Part shown: positions 62,450-64,000 of the stretch, in pieces
Layout of the letters: every line of letters starts with the position of its first letter
Position numbering within the stretch: position 1 is the first letter of the stretch
DNA from: Takakia lepidozioides
Taxonomy: Eukaryota; Plantae; Bryophyta
Assembly (NCBI GenBank): GCA_030704615.1
Contig: CM060733.1
Span: 2,976,001 to 3,040,000 of the forward strand
DNA length: 64,000 nucleotides
Reading direction: 5' to 3'
Made by a program: the position numbers and the translations under genes
Notes under the pieces: model-generated
The model's database searches: none
What the model was told of the DNA's origin: nothing
The model's input: the letters and a program-made list of their open reading frames with translations, nothing else

Positions 62450-64000
62450 CCCCTGAACCAGTGATTACAATCCATCTTTGATGCTTTAAACCCCTACTTT
62501 TTCAGAGTGGGTTAAGCGGTCACGCTTTGGAAAAGAAACTGAAAAGTACATATTAAAGCCCAACGATTTGTTTGGCCTTGATGCTTAAAGAGAAAGCCAT
62601 GATATTTTTCCAAAAAAAACCATTTCGGAGTCTGGAAAATTCCAGCCGTACGGACATTGTTGGCAGACTTGGCTCGCACCGAACCAAGCACATAACAGGG
62701 CATTTAGCCCTTGTTAGACAATTCTCTTTTGCTGATGATACATAATCTTTTCCTTGAATGCAGATCTGGTTGTGATGGAGGAACAAAAAACCAGAGTAAT
62801 TGATCACCATGCACATGGTAGAAGGTTTCTCACACACATTAAAAAACTTGCTCCCTTGGGATATGTTCATATGCTCTATCCCAACAGAGGAATGGAATGG
62901 GTCAGTGCCAAAGGTCTCATCAAAGAAGCTTTGGATTTTTTTGAACAGCCTGGTCTATGTATGTTGCTTGATGATGTTGTGTTTGGATGGACTTATCACA
63001 AGCAGTGCAATCTGGAATACTACCAACCTGCTTCTGTCTTCCGTAACTTCAGTTTCTCACAGGATTTGACACCCAATCATCCATGTCTATGTGAGAGCAC
63101 CAATAGATTTAAATGGTTCTGCGACAGTGATACACTAGCAGAATTCCACATGCCTGGTGACTCTCGCATTCAACATGTACGGACAATGGACCTCACCATT
63201 ATCCGACACCATGGTTTGAGAAAACTATTTGGGCTAGGTATGAATCATATCCCTTTGAGAAAAACTCTATTGAAAGAGGTAGTAGAGGAGGTATCTCTAG
63301 CCTTTTGGAAAACATGTGAAATATTGGATGTATCAGAATCTGATCCCTGGGTATCTGAATGCCATGAGTGGCTCAAGCAAACCTACTGGGACAGATTAAA
63401 GAAAAAAAAACACAAGGGAATTTTCTCACAACACGAGAAGAACCCCCTTGAGATGACGGATGCCCAAGACGAACTAGCTTGGCTTCGAAGTCGTTTGTAT
63501 TGTCAGGCTTGGACAAAGCTAACAATAATGTTTGTTTCATGTGTGTGAAGCATATCAGAACACAAGCCTTTCACAGGCTGATGGGTAAGGACTTTAAGCC
63601 ATGCATCCAAAATGAGGTATGGACTCCACCCACAGAAATCAGGGATTCCTTGACTAATGATTTAGAAAGGATGCTCCCTGAAATGTCCACTGAAAACTCT
63701 GATCTACCATACATCATGGGGATCTATAAATTACACAAGAAAAAATACCGGTGGATCACTAATGCCCACAAATGCATTTTCAGTGGACTAGCAAGTTTAC
63801 TTACTTGTGCCATTATGTCTCTTTTGCCGCTCATGAAAAGAGTGGGTGAAAATGAAGTTGGATACCTATGAAAATTTTCTTAAAGTCTCTACGTCTATGT
63901 ACTGGATTATGGATAATATTACGGACTTTACCCTGAATTTACTTGACAAGGTATATAGCATTTTTGTGGCTGACATCACCCAATGCTATGAGAACATACC
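62450..64000 (+). mobile_element. Penelope-like retroelement reverse-transcriptase ORF (frameshifted, runs off the window)
   Basis: HV.T.DL.II....LRKL...G.NH.P; LDKANNNVCF.C; LPYIMGIYKLHK..YRWI; FVADITQCYENI (motif A). Confidence 0.68.

Overview
Repeat-dense eukaryotic DNA from a land plant, most likely a non-seed plant such as a bryophyte or lycophyte (inferred from the intron-containing PR-10 gene and the retroelement types). The only intact host gene is a two-exon PR-10/Bet v 1 gene (278-1119). The rest is mostly a four-level transposon nest: a pogo-type DNA transposon, interrupted by a Tcn1-like chromoviral Ty3/Gypsy element (11788-45804), interrupted at its protease active site by a non-chromoviral Ty3/Gypsy element (13562-40856), interrupted by a 15.76-kb Mutator-like DNA transposon (23964-39718, target-site duplication CTTGCCAAC). 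That innermost element is the standout. Besides a GCM-like zinc finger/DDE/SWIM transposase, it carries (i) a spliced gene of about 10 exons fusing a ParB/Srx-like domain (DGNHR) to a beta-class amino (N4C/N6A)-DNA-methyltransferase-like domain, (ii) a divergent pair of paralogous genes of unknown family, and (iii) more than 50 copies of the palindrome GGAAATGCGGYRCCGCATTTCC, mostly in two arrays whose spacings fall close to whole DNA helical turns (53-bp period). This looks like a ParB/parS-like or VANC-like system pairing a protein with its binding-site array. The right part of the window holds decayed Copia, Gypsy, L1, CACTA and Penelope-like remnants and a tropinone-reductase-like exon fragment. 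All domain calls come from motif recognition by eye; no searches were run.
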